A stretch of 64,000 nt of DNA from Eledone cirrhosa. Taxonomy: Eukaryota. Position 1 is the stretch's first letter. Every line of letters begins with the position of its first letter. Below the pieces are notes generated by a model. The model made no database searches. It was given only the letters and a program-made list of their open reading frames with translations, and had not been told where the DNA came from. Below, one piece after another: positions 1 through 12,159 of this stretch. The position numbers and the translations under genes are program-made. The DNA lies in NCBI GenBank assembly GCA_964016885.1, contig OZ024740.1:274784001-274848000 (forward strand). Direction: 5' to 3'.

Positions 1-131
1 CCAGCGTTTTCGATACCTAGATCTGAAGCAAGAGCCCAGCCTGACACATTCATATAACCATACTCTACTACCTCTAATATCGAGTACTCTGGTGAGTAAT
101 GGTCTAAACAGTTTCTTACTGAATCCATCTT
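1..131 (+). mobile_element. Diverged 3' tail of the abundant PLE-type tail family (family I) ending in (TA)n
   Basis: actctactacc...gagtactctggtg...atggtc matches the tails at 20262-20343 and 36265-36340. Confidence 0.6.
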
Positions 132-477
132 TATATATATATATATGTGTGTGTATGTGTGTGTGTGTGTGACACGCCCTAAAATATTTACTGACCTTAC
201 CCGATACGAACTCGAAACGAAGCTGGGAGAACACAGTATATAAATATGTATCTGTGTGTGTGTGTGACTGAATGAATTAATGTGTGTGTGTGTGTGTTTT
301 AAATTTGCAAGTCAGAAAGTTCAACGATGAAAAATCGTCTAAATTGGACATATAAACCCTGGAGACGTAAAAGATGTGTATAGCTCCTCCTGCAATATAC
401 CGTTTCACCGTGCTAACCAACAAATTAAAAATCTGTCGCTCAATGGTTCTAAAAATGGATTGTTTACACACATACAC

Positions 478-1222
478 GGCTTAATTGCTATAAGTGAATG
501 TTTTGTCTTGTCTTTTACTCCACTGACAACGCTTTGACTTGTTTGTCAGGCGCTGTGACCCTGGTTGGACCAGAGGTACCGTTGGTGGGAGTTGAAACTG
601 CTAAAGTCCATCTCATTTACTGAAGACCTTGGAGTTCTGTGTCTTTCATTTGAATTTTTATTTTCTAAAAAAGTGAAGGTTTCCGCTTCAAAAATTTTTC
701 CTGCTTTGCTTTGTTTTTTTTTTCGTTGTCTTTTCTTGGTTAACTTTATAATTACTAATCTGTGACTAATATGTTCTCTCTTCTCCCCACCCATGATTTG
801 AATAGTTTACATTTTTTAATACGATATCTTATTTTTTTCCTTCCTTCTTTTTTCTTTCTTCTTTTTCTTTGTTTCAGTCTCAAGAGACTAACTTTCGCTA
901 TATAAGCACAATATCTGCTCCTAGTTGCCATATAATATTCTGCCACATAATATGGCTTAATTACTATAAGTTATTGTTTTGTCTTGTATTTAACTACACG
1001 GACAGTGCTCTCACTTGTTTGTCAGACGCTGTGACCTTGGGTGGACCAATGGTAACGTTGGTAGAGGTCAAAACTACCAAAGTCAATTTCAGTGGCTGAA
1101 GACCTTGGATTTTGTATTTGTATTCTCAAAATAATTCTTTTAAAGCTTTCCCCTTCAAAATATTTTTTATAGTTTTGCCTTGTTCGTTGCCATGTCTTCT
1201 CTTTGTTAATTTTCCTTAGCTT
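478..1222 (+). repeat. Diverged direct duplication (478-760 vs 954-1222, period ~476 bp) with conserved hairpins
   Basis: ggcttaatt(g/a)ctataagt...tgtttgtcag(g/a)cgctgtgacc...ctgaagaccttgga is shared by both copies. Confidence 0.75.
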
Positions 1223-1376
1223 ATATATATATATAATGTAGATACATGTTTATATATATATATATATATAAACATTTTTCTGCAGTCAATATAGTGAGAA
1301 AGCTTCTGATTCTTATATATATATATATATATAGTAATAATAAAATTGAACACTAAAATCCAAAGAGGGCGGTGGT

Positions 1377-2473
1377 TTGTACAGTGACGATGGTCTTTTG
1401 ACCATGACTAAGTGCGGACCTCGTGCTTGCGACAGGTTCAGAAAAGAACTCACAGCCTTCTTTAAAGGCTTCAACCTCTCTATACAGGTTGAGGCCAATC
1501 TCTTGGTCGTTAATTGCCTCGACGTTACCCTCAATTTATTGAATGGGTTGTATTACCCGTATAGAAAACCGAATGATACGCTTAATTACATAAGTAAGCA
1601 TTCCAACCATCCTGCCAGCATAACCAAGAACCTGGTAAAAACCGTTTCGTTGAGGCTTTCCCGTCTTTCCACCAACGAGCGCATTTTCAACGACCATTCC
1701 ACTTATTACAATGAAGCTCTTGCTCGAAGTGGATTTGTCGATAAGCTAGCATATACAGAGTACGAAATAGACCTAGAAGAAATAGATCCCGTCGCATTTG
1801 TTGGTTTAACCCACCATATAATATGGAGGTGGCCACACCATTAGCTAAGATCTTTCTTTCCCTTATTACGAAGCATTTTCCCCCTACATATAAATATAGT
1901 AAAATGTTTAATAGAAATACTATTAAAATGTCTTACTCTACGACTCCTAACCTTGCACATAACATCACAGCTTCAAATTTAGCTAAACTACCTAGCCGTA
2001 GGAACACGTGCAACCCTGTGGTTAGTACTAACTGTAATTGTAGGAATCGGGCTGATTGCCCCCTATCCGGGAAATGCCTCTATAGTAACATTGTCTACAA
2101 ATGTAAGGTTGTAACACTCACGTCCCGTAGGGCCTACATAGGGTTAACCGCCAATAGTTTCAAGCAGCGTCTTTACATGCATACCCATTCTTTTCGTTAC
2201 CCTCTAAGAAGGAATATGACGTCACTTTCAGCTTATATCTGGAGTCTAAAAGATAACCACACCCAATATAAGTTACATTGGGAGATCCTAGCTAGGACTA
2301 GATCGTATAACGGAAATAAAAGACCATGTGACCTCTGCGCCGCTGAGGCCCTGGAAATACTCTACGCCACAGACCACATCTTAAACAAAAAATCTGAGGC
2401 AATTTCGGCTTGTAAGCATAAATTGCACAAAACTTTCCTGTATTACAGCCCCACGTTATACCCTAACGGATAG
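1377..2473 (+). pseudogene. PLE reverse transcriptase C-terminus (YSDD) plus Cys-rich linker and GIY-YIG endonuclease, frameshifted near 1780-1830
   Basis: YSDDGL...CLDVTL...YRKPN...SNHP (PLE RT and thumb); CNCR..CPL.GKCL..NIVYKC...YIGLT..FKQR..H (GIY-YIG). Confidence 0.9.
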
Positions 2474-3401
2474 CACGATCTATACGTGGATATTTTACGT
2501 CTTGATGTGGGAGCTAAGTATATGTTTTGTTTATTCCTTTACTTATTTGCATAGGTAAGAATATATTACCCGTATGTTTTGTGAAGGTATGTATACCTTC
2601 TCGTACGTATATTTGAGTGTTTTGGCGTATAATTTTTACATATTCTGGTATTTAGGGTTTGGCTATGTGTATACGGGAGTTTTGCGTCTGGGTGAGTATG
2701 CAGGTTCGTACGTATGGTGGGTGTGTGTATATGTGTACTTCTTGTTTTAGTTGACTTACGTCTCCGAACATTCGTGTATTTATTTGTAGGTATGTGTGTG
2801 CGCTTGTTATATACGTATTTATTTACTTATATACGTTTATATAATTATTTATTTATTTGTACACAAGCATACACACACACACATATTTATATGTGCGTGG
2901 TTTTGTATACCTATGGTAAGGTTTTGCGTATGCTTGTGTATGTACGTATCTGTTTGCGTGTATGTATTTATTTGTTTGTATTACTTCTGTATTGTATTTA
3001 TTTACTTTGTTCTTAACTCTGTAGCGGAGATTCATTTGGTCTCCTAGTTAGAATTTTAGTCTACAACTTCTGCTATACCATTTACGTGGTTTTTTCTTTG
3101 CGTGCTATTGTTCTCCACACTCCACATATGACTTATTATCTTCGTTTTTTCGTTCATTGCCAGAGAACGTCTCTATGCACCACCTAAGAGAACATTAGTC
3201 TACGACCTCTTTTATACCATAAACGTGGTTCTGTCTTTGCGCGTAATTGTTTTTCACCGCTCCTATTAATGACGTATTATTCGTTTTTTCCCGTTCTTTG
3301 CCAGCGAACGTTTCCACGAACCAAAGTATCGTCTTCCTGTCTTCCTCCGGTTGCAACGTTTTTTGAAATATCCAGTTCTGCGTTTACAGATTGACTTTGT
3401 T

Positions 3402-3452
3402 AGTTTCAGAAGATCCCGCTAAGGGTGAAAGCAGCGATTCTTTGCTTAAACT
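3402..3452 (+). ncRNA. Type I hammerhead-like motif with variant core CAGAAGA
   Basis: agttt-CAGAAGA-tccc gctaa gggt-GAAA-gca..tgc-TT-aaact; same motif at 25825-25875 and 37971-38020. Confidence 0.65.
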
Positions 3453-3468
3453 TTAATCTGTTATTTTA

Positions 3469-3499
<31 letters not shown>

Positions 3500-3505
3500 A
3501 GAATC

Positions 3506-3572
<67 letters not shown>

Positions 3573-3575
<3 letters not shown>

Positions 3576-3776
3576 CGAAGGAAATGTGGTAAGGAACCAG
3601 ATGGACCATAACGCACTAAAGTACTCAATACGTAGGGTAGTAGAGTGGATAATAGGAACGAGTAGGACCCCTACGGCTGAGCTCAAACCGCTTCGACAGC
3701 TAATTCTGGACTAAAATTTTAGTCCAGAATTAGCCGTCGAAACGGTTTGAGCTCAGCCGTCGGGGTCCTACTGGTT

Positions 3777-3779
<3 letters not shown>
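3573..3779 (-). mobile_element. Family I PLE-type tail with fold-back (inverted repeat centred ~3716)
   Basis: taggaac...ctgagctcaaacc...ctggactaaaa/ttttagtccag...ggtttgagctcag...gttccta, between TA tracts. Confidence 0.85.
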
Positions 3780-3829
<50 letters not shown>

Positions 3830-3834
<5 letters not shown>

Positions 3835-5080
3835 GTAGTTTAGAAAGCCACAACAATGCAGATGGGAAATCTCGAGGTAAGAAGTGAGTGAGAAATAGGA
3901 GAAAAGTGAAAATGAAAATGAAAACAAAACAAAGGTAGAAGGGTTACCGTAGAGGAGATTTAATCCCAATATTTCGGGCTCACGCCCATCAACGGGGGAA
4001 AAGTTCCAAAAGGGGGGGAACAGGCTAAGCCGGAGAAAGTTGTATTGTCGTTAAAACTTAGGAATGCCGTTGTGGGGAAAATTCAAACGAGGGAAAGAAT
4101 GCGCGTTTGCGTGATAGGCTGTGGCAAAAGCTACTGACCAATTGGGTTAAATCAATAGGGTGCGCTAGCGTGTGAAAGCCGTAAAATATGTGTGTAAATA
4201 TATATGTGTGTGTAACTGTGTGTGTATATGTGTATGTGTGTATGTATGTGAGTGTGTGTGTGTGAAAGATAGTGGGCCGTAGAAGCTGGAAAACAAAGAG
4301 TGTGAAAGGTGGTAGGTTGTATAAACATGTGTGCGTGTATAAATATAGATGTGTGTGTATGTGTATGGGTATACATATAAGTGCGTGTGTGTGAAGGATA
4401 GTAGGCCGTAGGGGCTGTTACTAATCACTATGGTTAAATTAGCCATGTCAGCTCATTTCTCTCAGCCTGATTGTTAAGTGGGGGTCTGAGGTTCTTAATA
4501 ACAAGTGCTTCCTTTATCCTTAAGGATCTGATGCTGCGTTCAGTCGCTAGGACTGTGACCAAGGGTCTGCCCTGTGGGTTTCCGCATTTAAGGATGTGTT
4601 TACGGAAGGAAGATGCGTTCGTGTTGACATGTTCCTTGATACGAACATGTAGGGGTCGGATGGTGCTACCTATTTAAAACTTGTTACATTTATCGCATTG
4701 AATCTTATATACGACATAGGTGCGTAGGCAATCTGCCCCCCGTATCGGACAGTTGCTGAGGGAACACGTCCCATCTGACTCGTCGGGTTTGTTGGAGAGG
4801 CATCTTCGGAGCGAAGGTCCTGTGTGGGCCAAATGTATGTCAAGTCCCTCCCTCCGTATGGCCCTGCGGATGGCGTTCGTGGTATATTCACTCAGGTGGG
4901 GGATTTTAAAGAAGCACCTGCTTTTATCTAAGTTTCTAGTGGGTGTCTGTCTATTGGGTCTGGGGTCTCTAATTCCGTTAATCAGTCGCTTGGGATATCC
5001 ATTAGGCTTGAGTAGATTACGGAATTGCGTGGTATGGGTGAGACCACCCATCGGGTCGCTGCATCTATTAGTGATCTGTG
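3830..5080 (-). mobile_element. 5'-truncated PLE (family 2) with 3' UTR, in (TA)n
   Basis: Carries a GIY-YIG coding fragment; degenerate HHR-like ttgat-gggc gtga gccc-gaaa near 3970-4005. Confidence 0.85.
4434..5051 (-). pseudogene. PLE thumb/linker plus GIY-YIG endonuclease with an in-frame stop at 4674
   Basis: LLKPNGYP...KIPH...CSLSNCPI...VVYKIQCDKCNKF*IGSTIRPLHVRIKEH...IKEALVIK..RPPLN; reading through the stop restores the motif. Confidence 0.9.
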
Positions 5081-5168
5081 TAAGTATATATATATATGAA
5101 AGTATATATATATATGAAAGACGTAAAATAAGAAAATTATAAAAATGTACTTACTTACTAAAATTTCA

Positions 5169-5252
5169 CTCCAACTAATTAGTTTCTGAAAGGGAATAAA
5201 CATGGTTTCCGATTGGAACAACATGGAGAAATGTCCTTTCGTCATCAGGGAG
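5169..5252 (-). ncRNA. Type I hammerhead ribozyme in a non-coding insert (~5118-5560)
   Basis: Reverse complement: ctcc-CTGATGA-c gaaagg...cctttc a-GAAA-ctaattag-TT-ggag. Confidence 0.8.
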
Positions 5253-6147
5253 ATCTGTTCTCGGCTAAGTTCCCAGGCAAAGCGTGGACACAGGGAACTT
5301 ATACAAAAATAATTCAGTGAATGGAAAAAAGCAAGCGAGGACTAGATTCCAGGACATTGAAAAAATCACTGCCTACTTAGTCGGTGGCGAATTCAAAAGA
5401 ATCAATCACGTGACATCGAGGTCAATCAGTGAGGAGTGAGGGTGCTAATAAGACAGTAGCCTGGCTATTACTATGATGCATAGCAGTAGTTTTGGCAAAT
5501 TTTTGCTCAACAAAATAATTTGGAGATAATTATAAAGAATTAGTATATCTAACGACATATATATACAGATGCATACCTATGCTAGCAAATATATAGCTTT
5601 TGTCTTAGTAACTTTGTGGTTCAATGCAAGGGGATACAGAACAATTATATGAAAGACGTAATATATATATATTGTGTGTGTGTGTATGTATTTACTGATA
5701 TTTTGGTCATGCCCCCCCACACACACACACACAACATGCACTTTCTTCATCTTTGTTGATAATTGCATCAATTATACTCCAGTGTAAGCATTTAGCAAAT
5801 TGTCTTCTTTTAACACAGGGAAATTGACAACACAGTTTCCGTTAAAAATAACTTAACATACATTCATGTAACTCAGAGAAAGATTGGAAGTAAGTGAAAG
5901 AAAGCGGAGAATACCAAGATGGAGGTGATGATGATGATGATGATAAGGAGGAGGAGAAAGAAGAAAATTTCGTTCTTCTAATATGTTAGTAAATACGTTT
6001 TCACTGAAACTTGTCTGTCTATGTAGGATAAGTCAATCGTAGCAGCACAATATATATGTTTAGCAATCGCTAAACTAATATATTTCTTCACCGTTCTGTA
6101 TTCTTTGCTTTGTTGTTTCCGTTTAATTTTCGCATACACACACACAT

Positions 6148-6222
<75 letters not shown>

Positions 6223-6224
<2 letters not shown>

Positions 6225-6600
6225 CTATATAAATGGCAATTTCTGTCTGTCTGTGTGTAACCGGTTGGCCCCTACACCAGTGATCCGATCCTGATGAAAC
6301 TTTACACACATGTTAGGCTAATATTCAGAAACAGGACTGGCTAATTAGATTTCAATAAAAATCAATAATGGAACCCTTGAGGACATCTTTACAATAGAGG
6401 AGGAAGGAGAAGACGTTTCAGTGACAGAGGGGAAAGAGGAGATACTATTACTGTATGTTAAACTCTCCCTCCCACTACTCCCCTTCCTCCTCCCACAACT
6501 CAGTCCTCCAAAACGAGGCAACAACTTATTAGAAATATACATAAAGAAATTTCAAATAAAGCAGACGACCATCTAATTTTGGTTGACGACTGAACAGATG
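6223..6600 (+). mobile_element. Non-autonomous Helitron-like 5' segment
   Basis: tactatataaa...tttctgtctgtctgtgtgt...gatccgatcctgatgaaactttacac resembles invertebrate non-autonomous Helitron 5' ends. Confidence 0.45.
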
Positions 6601-6616
6601 TCTTTGTATGTATGTA

Positions 6617-6775
<159 letters not shown>

Positions 6776-6777
6776 CA

Positions 6778-6826
6778 TAGTAATAATAATAAATTTGAAG
6801 ACTAAAAGCCAAAGAGGGCTCGATAT
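6778..6826 (-). mobile_element. Isolated stub of the PLE family 1 3' tail
   Basis: tagtaataataataaatttgaagactaaaagccaaagagggctcgata; also at 1334, 18299, 25596 and 37836, and in sense orientation at 11430-11472. Confidence 0.75.
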
Positions 6827-6861
<35 letters not shown>

Positions 6862-6880
6862 ATAATATATATATATATAT

Positions 6881-7946
6881 ACATACTTCATCGCCAAAGA
6901 TAAGGGTTGCCTCCCTTGCCGAGCCCCACGTGGGTATTTGTAACGGTCAATCCTTGGCCTGGCACTTGAACTAAAACCTGTTGAGAAAGTGATTTCCTTG
7001 TTCAATCATCTTACCAAAAGCTTAGCACTATTTGTCTAAGCGGACAGTACTTGATTTAGGAGTCGCAGAAACCCAAATGCTGGATTTTTACCAACCATCC
7101 AGGGGTCCGGGTAAATTTTTTCAATAATATGTTTTTATTTGTTTGACCCGAATTACTTGGTCGTTTCTATGGCTGTGCGGATAATGGTTTAACCATCGTC
7201 TCAGTGTGTTTGGCCTTTTAACGTATGTTATAGCTCTGGTTCGTTAGAATCTATTGAGCGCTTGCCACACATCTCGGAAGTTGTTTTTCGCTAATTTCCA
7301 CTAGCCGAAATACGATTCTCGCTAACTTATATTTGTATTAATCTACAGAGTCTAGCTATTGACCAATTAATTTTCTTGATTTTTTTAGTTGATTCTATTG
7401 ACTGATGAATAGCTTTTGTTAACTTTAAAACCATTCTGTTGAGAACTTATTTCGTTTTGTGATATTTTGCAATTTTGCAATATTACACATACTGAATTTA
7501 TCCGACAAAAATAAGGGTTGCTCCCTTGCCGAGCCCCATGTGGGTATTGGTAACGGTCAATCCTTGGCCTGGCACTTGAACTAAAACCTGTTGAGAAAGT
7601 GATTTCCTTGTTCAATCATCTTACCAAAAGCTTAGCATTATTTGTCTAAGCGGACAGTACTTGATTTAGGAGTCTCAGAAACCCAAATGCTGGATTTTTA
7701 CCAACCATCTAGGGGTCCGGGTAAATTTTTTCAATCATATTTTTTTATTTGTTTCACCCGAATTACTTGGTCGTTTCTATGGCTGTGCGATAATGGTCTA
7801 ACCATCGTCTCAGTGTGTTTGGCCTTTTAACGTATGTTGTAGCTCTGGTTCGTTAGAATCTATTGAGCGCTTGCCACACATCTCGGAAGTTGTTTTTAGC
7901 TAATTTCCAATAGCCGAAATACGATTCTCGCTCATTTATATTTGTA
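6881..7946 (+). mobile_element. Head-to-tail array (~1.7 units, period ~610 bp) of a non-coding structured element, subfamily A
   Basis: 6900-7337 is repeated at 7511-7946; no meaningful ORF; TA tracts on both sides; homologous to the reverse complement of 53559-54754. Confidence 0.85.
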
Positions 7947-8011
7947 TATATATATATATATATATATATACGATATTAAACAAATGGAAACTATATTTAT
8001 AAAACCATATT

Positions 8012-8077
8012 TATTTCATTATATATATTTCAGGGATATCATATTAAAAATATGGTATGCCTTCCTCAGACAAAATA
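8012..8077 (-). ncRNA. Type I hammerhead ribozyme (family C)
   Basis: Reverse complement: tattttgt-CTGAGGA-agg..cata..tatg..cct-GAAA-tatata-TA-atgaaata; 8-bp stem I, palindromic stem III. Confidence 0.8.
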
Positions 8078-8314
8078 CAATATATAAACCGTTTTATAAA
8101 TAAATTTGACATACCTTAAACAATGCAACTTCCATTTAAAAAGTTGATTTGGTAGTGAAAATGTTAAGGACAGTTATAAAGAAAGACGAAGAGAAAAAAA
8201 ACGAAGAGAGAAAAAAAAAAAAAAACGAAGAGAAAAAAGAAGGAAAGTGTATAGTGCTAAGGACGAAGAGGGGAAGAAAGAAAGTGTATAGTGCTAACGA
8301 CAGTTAGAAAAGAA

Positions 8315-8423
<109 letters not shown>

Positions 8424-8511
8424 ATATATATATATATATTATATATATTATATATTATATATATATTATATATTATATATATATATATATTATGTATATA
8501 TATTATATATA

Positions 8512-8663
8512 TGCCATGCTTTCCAGCATAGTTACGTCCCTTTACGGTCTGAGTTCAAATCCCGCCGAGGTTAACTTTGCCTTTCATCCTTACGGGGTCG
8601 ATAAAATAAAGTACCCGCAATGTACTGGGTAATTGCTCGCCTTGTCCCAAAAGTAGAAACAAT
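8512..8663 (+). mobile_element. tRNA-derived SINE family 2 (MetaSINE-like core), 5'-truncated
   Basis: B-box gttcaaatcc followed by gcctttcatccttacggggtcgataaaataaagtacc. Confidence 0.8.
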
Positions 8664-8671
8664 TACATATA

Positions 8672-8702
<31 letters not shown>

Positions 8703-8753
8703 GAATAAGTAAAAGCGAAGTAGTTTCAGATGTTCAAGTCCTTTAATAATAAT

Positions 8754-8827
8754 GCTGTGATATATATTTCAATGACGACACTGGCCACACTGTTCTGTGT
8801 GCGAGTGTCGTGACATGATCAGACAGC
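8754..8827 (-). ncRNA. Degenerate hammerhead (core CTGATCA) at the 3' end of a ~660-bp non-coding insert (8703-9367)
   Basis: Reverse complement: gctgt-CTGATCA-..acgacact...agtgtcgt..-GAAA-tatata-TC-acagc. Confidence 0.7.
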
Positions 8828-9363
8828 TTGTTACATAATAAGGTTATGTTTCCGAGGCAATCCAAGTTGAATCGACATGGGAACGGACGAAGTGTGTGCT
8901 TTTGGGTTCTTCATCCGTTCCCTTGTGAGTACCAATTCACCCCCACCGGTCTGCGCAGGCGCATGTCCGAAGAGAGTTGACCATTAGCTACCGCAGATAT
9001 CAACGAAATTCGCTTAGTCAGTTCACCCTCTCAGCCAAACAATGACTCATCTAGGCCTGTGCCATAGTTTACTGCTACCCGTCCCGTCTGTGGTAGTCAG
9101 CCGAAAGGCAGAGGGGATGTGAGAGTGTTAGTTTTTACAGTTCACAATACTACCTCTCACCAAGCATGGACAGTACGACTGACCATCAACTCCTAAGAGA
9201 AAATATACTTAATTCTAGGTATCATGGTTTTACATTGGAAGTTATGAGTGAGAGTTGGAAATAAAAATTAAAATCCTAAATCAAAAAATTATAAATTAAA
9301 CAATTTAAAAAATTATAAATTAAACAATTAAAAATTAAAAAAATGTTTCAAGTGAGAATCCGG

Positions 9364-9411
<48 letters not shown>

Positions 9412-9456
9412 CCGGATTCTCACTTGAAACATTTTTTTAATTTTTAATTGTTTAAT

Positions 9457-9506
<50 letters not shown>

Positions 9507-9559
9507 ATATTATATATATATATATTATATATATATATATTATATATATATTATATATA

Positions 9560-9599
<40 letters not shown>

Positions 9600-9769
9600 T
9601 ATATATATTTTTATATATATATATTTTTATATATATTTTTTTGTTGCCTTTTCTGTTGTTTTTTTTTGCTTTTTTTTGCTTTTTATTGTTTTATATATTT
9701 TTTTTAAATATTTTTTTTTGCTTTTTGCTTTTCTTGATGAGACTTTCCAAGTATTTACCCATGTTTTAT

Positions 9770-9847
9770 ATTGCCTCGTCTGACGAACGAATGAAGACGT
9801 TTCTTTCGTATTCGCCTCATTCGGGAAACCTCTGGTAATGAGGTAAT
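9770..9847 (+). ncRNA. Type I hammerhead ribozyme
   Basis: attgcctcgt-CTGACGA-a cgaatga...tcattcg g-GAAA-cc tct gg-TA-atgaggtaat; 10-bp stem I. Confidence 0.85.
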
Positions 9848-9979
9848 TATATTGTATTGATTTTTATACATTAAATTTTGCTCTGGTACTTACATAGAGC
9901 ACTCTTCACTTCTATGACCTTTTCTGTTTTCAACGGAAATTTCAATACTTATTATATATATATATATATATAATATATA

Positions 9980-10024
<45 letters not shown>

Positions 10025-10037
10025 ATATAATATATAT

Positions 10038-10103
<66 letters not shown>

Positions 10104-10126
10104 ATATTATATATATATATATATAT

Positions 10127-10200
<74 letters not shown>

Positions 10201-10240
10201 ATATATATATTATATATTATATATATATATATATATATAT

Positions 10241-10300
<60 letters not shown>

Positions 10301-11191
10301 CGAAGCTTGAGCTCAGCCGTCGGGGTCCTACTCGTTCCTATATATATATATATCACATCCACTGACATGGATTCTGAAAACGTGCACACGCTTAGGTTAC
10401 ATTAAGTTCAACTGCAGAAATCGGTGATAAGTTACAAAAAAGTGTGATGATTAATGACCTGGAAGTTGGCTTACCATGAGATTAGTCCGAAGAATAAAAC
10501 CCAAATCGTATGTTGATGAATATTCTTTCTCGCGGCATGTTAATTGTAACGTCTGTTAATTTTAACGCATGTTAAATGACGTCTTTAAGAGTTGAGTTTA
10601 TTTTGTCGATATTTCGAGGTGTCGGATTGTGAGAAGATTAACATGAATTAAGATGTAACTTCTCCCCCATTATTGACACTTTGCAACAGTGAACGTTACA
10701 AGGCCCTCTTTAGGGCAAACACTTCTGATTGTTTATCCGACTTATTATGGTGTGTTTTCTCGGGTTATGTCTACTATGGGGGGTGGGGGTATTGAATTGC
10801 TTCATTCATTCGAAGGGCTATACAAACGATGATATACAGGGTGCTTGAAGAGTACCTGAATATGTTATAATTTCTTCAATAATTGCGATGACTTCCTCAA
10901 TAGTTCTGTTTGTTCTTGAGCTCTAAGGTAGTAAGTTTGCTATACTGATACATAAGTTTGTTGAATAAGTTTGATACTCTTCAAGCTCAAACTTCCCCGG
11001 CTTATTCGCTCTGAATGAAGAAAGCTGGGTCGAAGAAGGACTTATGACTTAAACAGCTATTGATAGTTCCACATAAAAGATTTTACTGCCATAAACACAC
11101 CTAGCAAAGGTTGCTATTGGAAATCCAGTATGGGCCCCATGGTCGCTAGCATTTTCAGGCCCACTCTGGGAACTGTGAATAACCCCATCTT

Positions 11192-11220
11192 TCCCGGGTA
11201 TTACCGGGTACTGTAGCTAG
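11192..11220 (+). mobile_element. Helitron-like 3' terminus
   Basis: Hairpin cccgg-gtatta-ccggg, then a short spacer and CTAG followed by T. Confidence 0.55.
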
Positions 11221-11262
11221 TATATATATATATATATACTAGCTACAGTACCCGGTAATATA

Positions 11263-11314
<52 letters not shown>

Positions 11315-11316
<2 letters not shown>

Positions 11317-11473
11317 ACTCCACTTTAGGGTGAAAGCAGAAATTGGTTGCTTAAACTTAACATGTGCCAATAATAAATATTTGCTCTACGGGTTTATATA
11401 TATATATATGTATGTATATATATAACCCTTATCGAGTCTTCTCAGGATTTTGGTCTTTGTATTTAGTATTACA
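11315..11473 (+). mobile_element. PLE family 1-related 3' end (half HHR plus complete tail)
   Basis: gggtgaaagca...tgcttaaact...aataaatatttgctctacg...ttatcgag...gattttggtctt. Confidence 0.7.
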
Positions 11474-11494
11474 AACTCTGTCTCTCTCTCTCTC

Positions 11495-11577
<83 letters not shown>

Positions 11578-12159
11578 AACTCTTTGCTCTTTTCAATCAT
11601 TAATTTAATCGGTCTTATTGGCCTCAGTATTGATGTTTCTAGAAAGTCTGTTCTCCATCTCGTTTCACTTTTCTCAAAGTGGTGTTTTTATCTTGAAACC
11701 ACTGGCTGTCCCGGAGTTAAATCAAACTGTCTATTTACATACATACATACGTACATGCATACATGATGGCTGCAACTCGATTTTGAGTAATGCCATCGCT
11801 TGATACTTAAGCATGAGCAGTGTAGTCCTGCTAGGGACTTGATTATGGCCAGCAATGCCATGCATCGCAAAAAATGTCACATATCAAATGATGCCTGTAC
11901 TTGAATCTTTTATAATTGAGGAAAATCCCACTCTCTGAACATCGAATGTTTGCCCTAAAAGAACTGGTCTATATCATTGGATGCAAACAGTCACGGGTTT
12001 TATATCAGAGAGACGTTCTCCTAGAGAGACGTTCTTAAGGAAAACCAGACACTGACAGATAATGTTCTTCTATGAAGCAGGGAGATTTAATTTCTAGTAC
12101 TTCTTCGTTTCCAGGTATGAAGTAAATGAGAGATAGATCATCACCCTAATAGAAAACTG

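Larger units (their letters stand above)
1334..3473 (+). mobile_element. 5'-truncated Penelope-like element (family 1) in (TA)n, with an inverted tail stub at its 5' end
   Basis: RT C-terminus plus GIY-YIG ORFs, long 3' UTR, HHR near the 3' end; stub 1334-1370 is the reverse complement of the family tail; flanked by TA tracts. Confidence 0.9.

Noticed and set aside
546-794. Minus-strand peptide similar between the two duplicated copies
   Set aside because: Similarity is explained by nucleotide homology; upstream parts are low-complexity and there is no known domain
4720-5142. 140-aa plus-strand ORF
   Set aside because: Antisense shadow of the PLE GIY-YIG coding fragment
7395-7600. C/D-box snoRNA or SECIS reading of TGATGA...TTGA
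   Set aside because: Pairing register does not fit a K-turn or SECIS core in both subfamilies
7402-7610. Hammerhead in unit A (CTGATGA at 7402; also GAAAccc...gggTC at 7678-7718)
   Set aside because: Subfamily B has GTGATGA; the GAAA is out of register with the stem after CTGATGA; and no CUGANGA accompanies the GAAA/GUC helix
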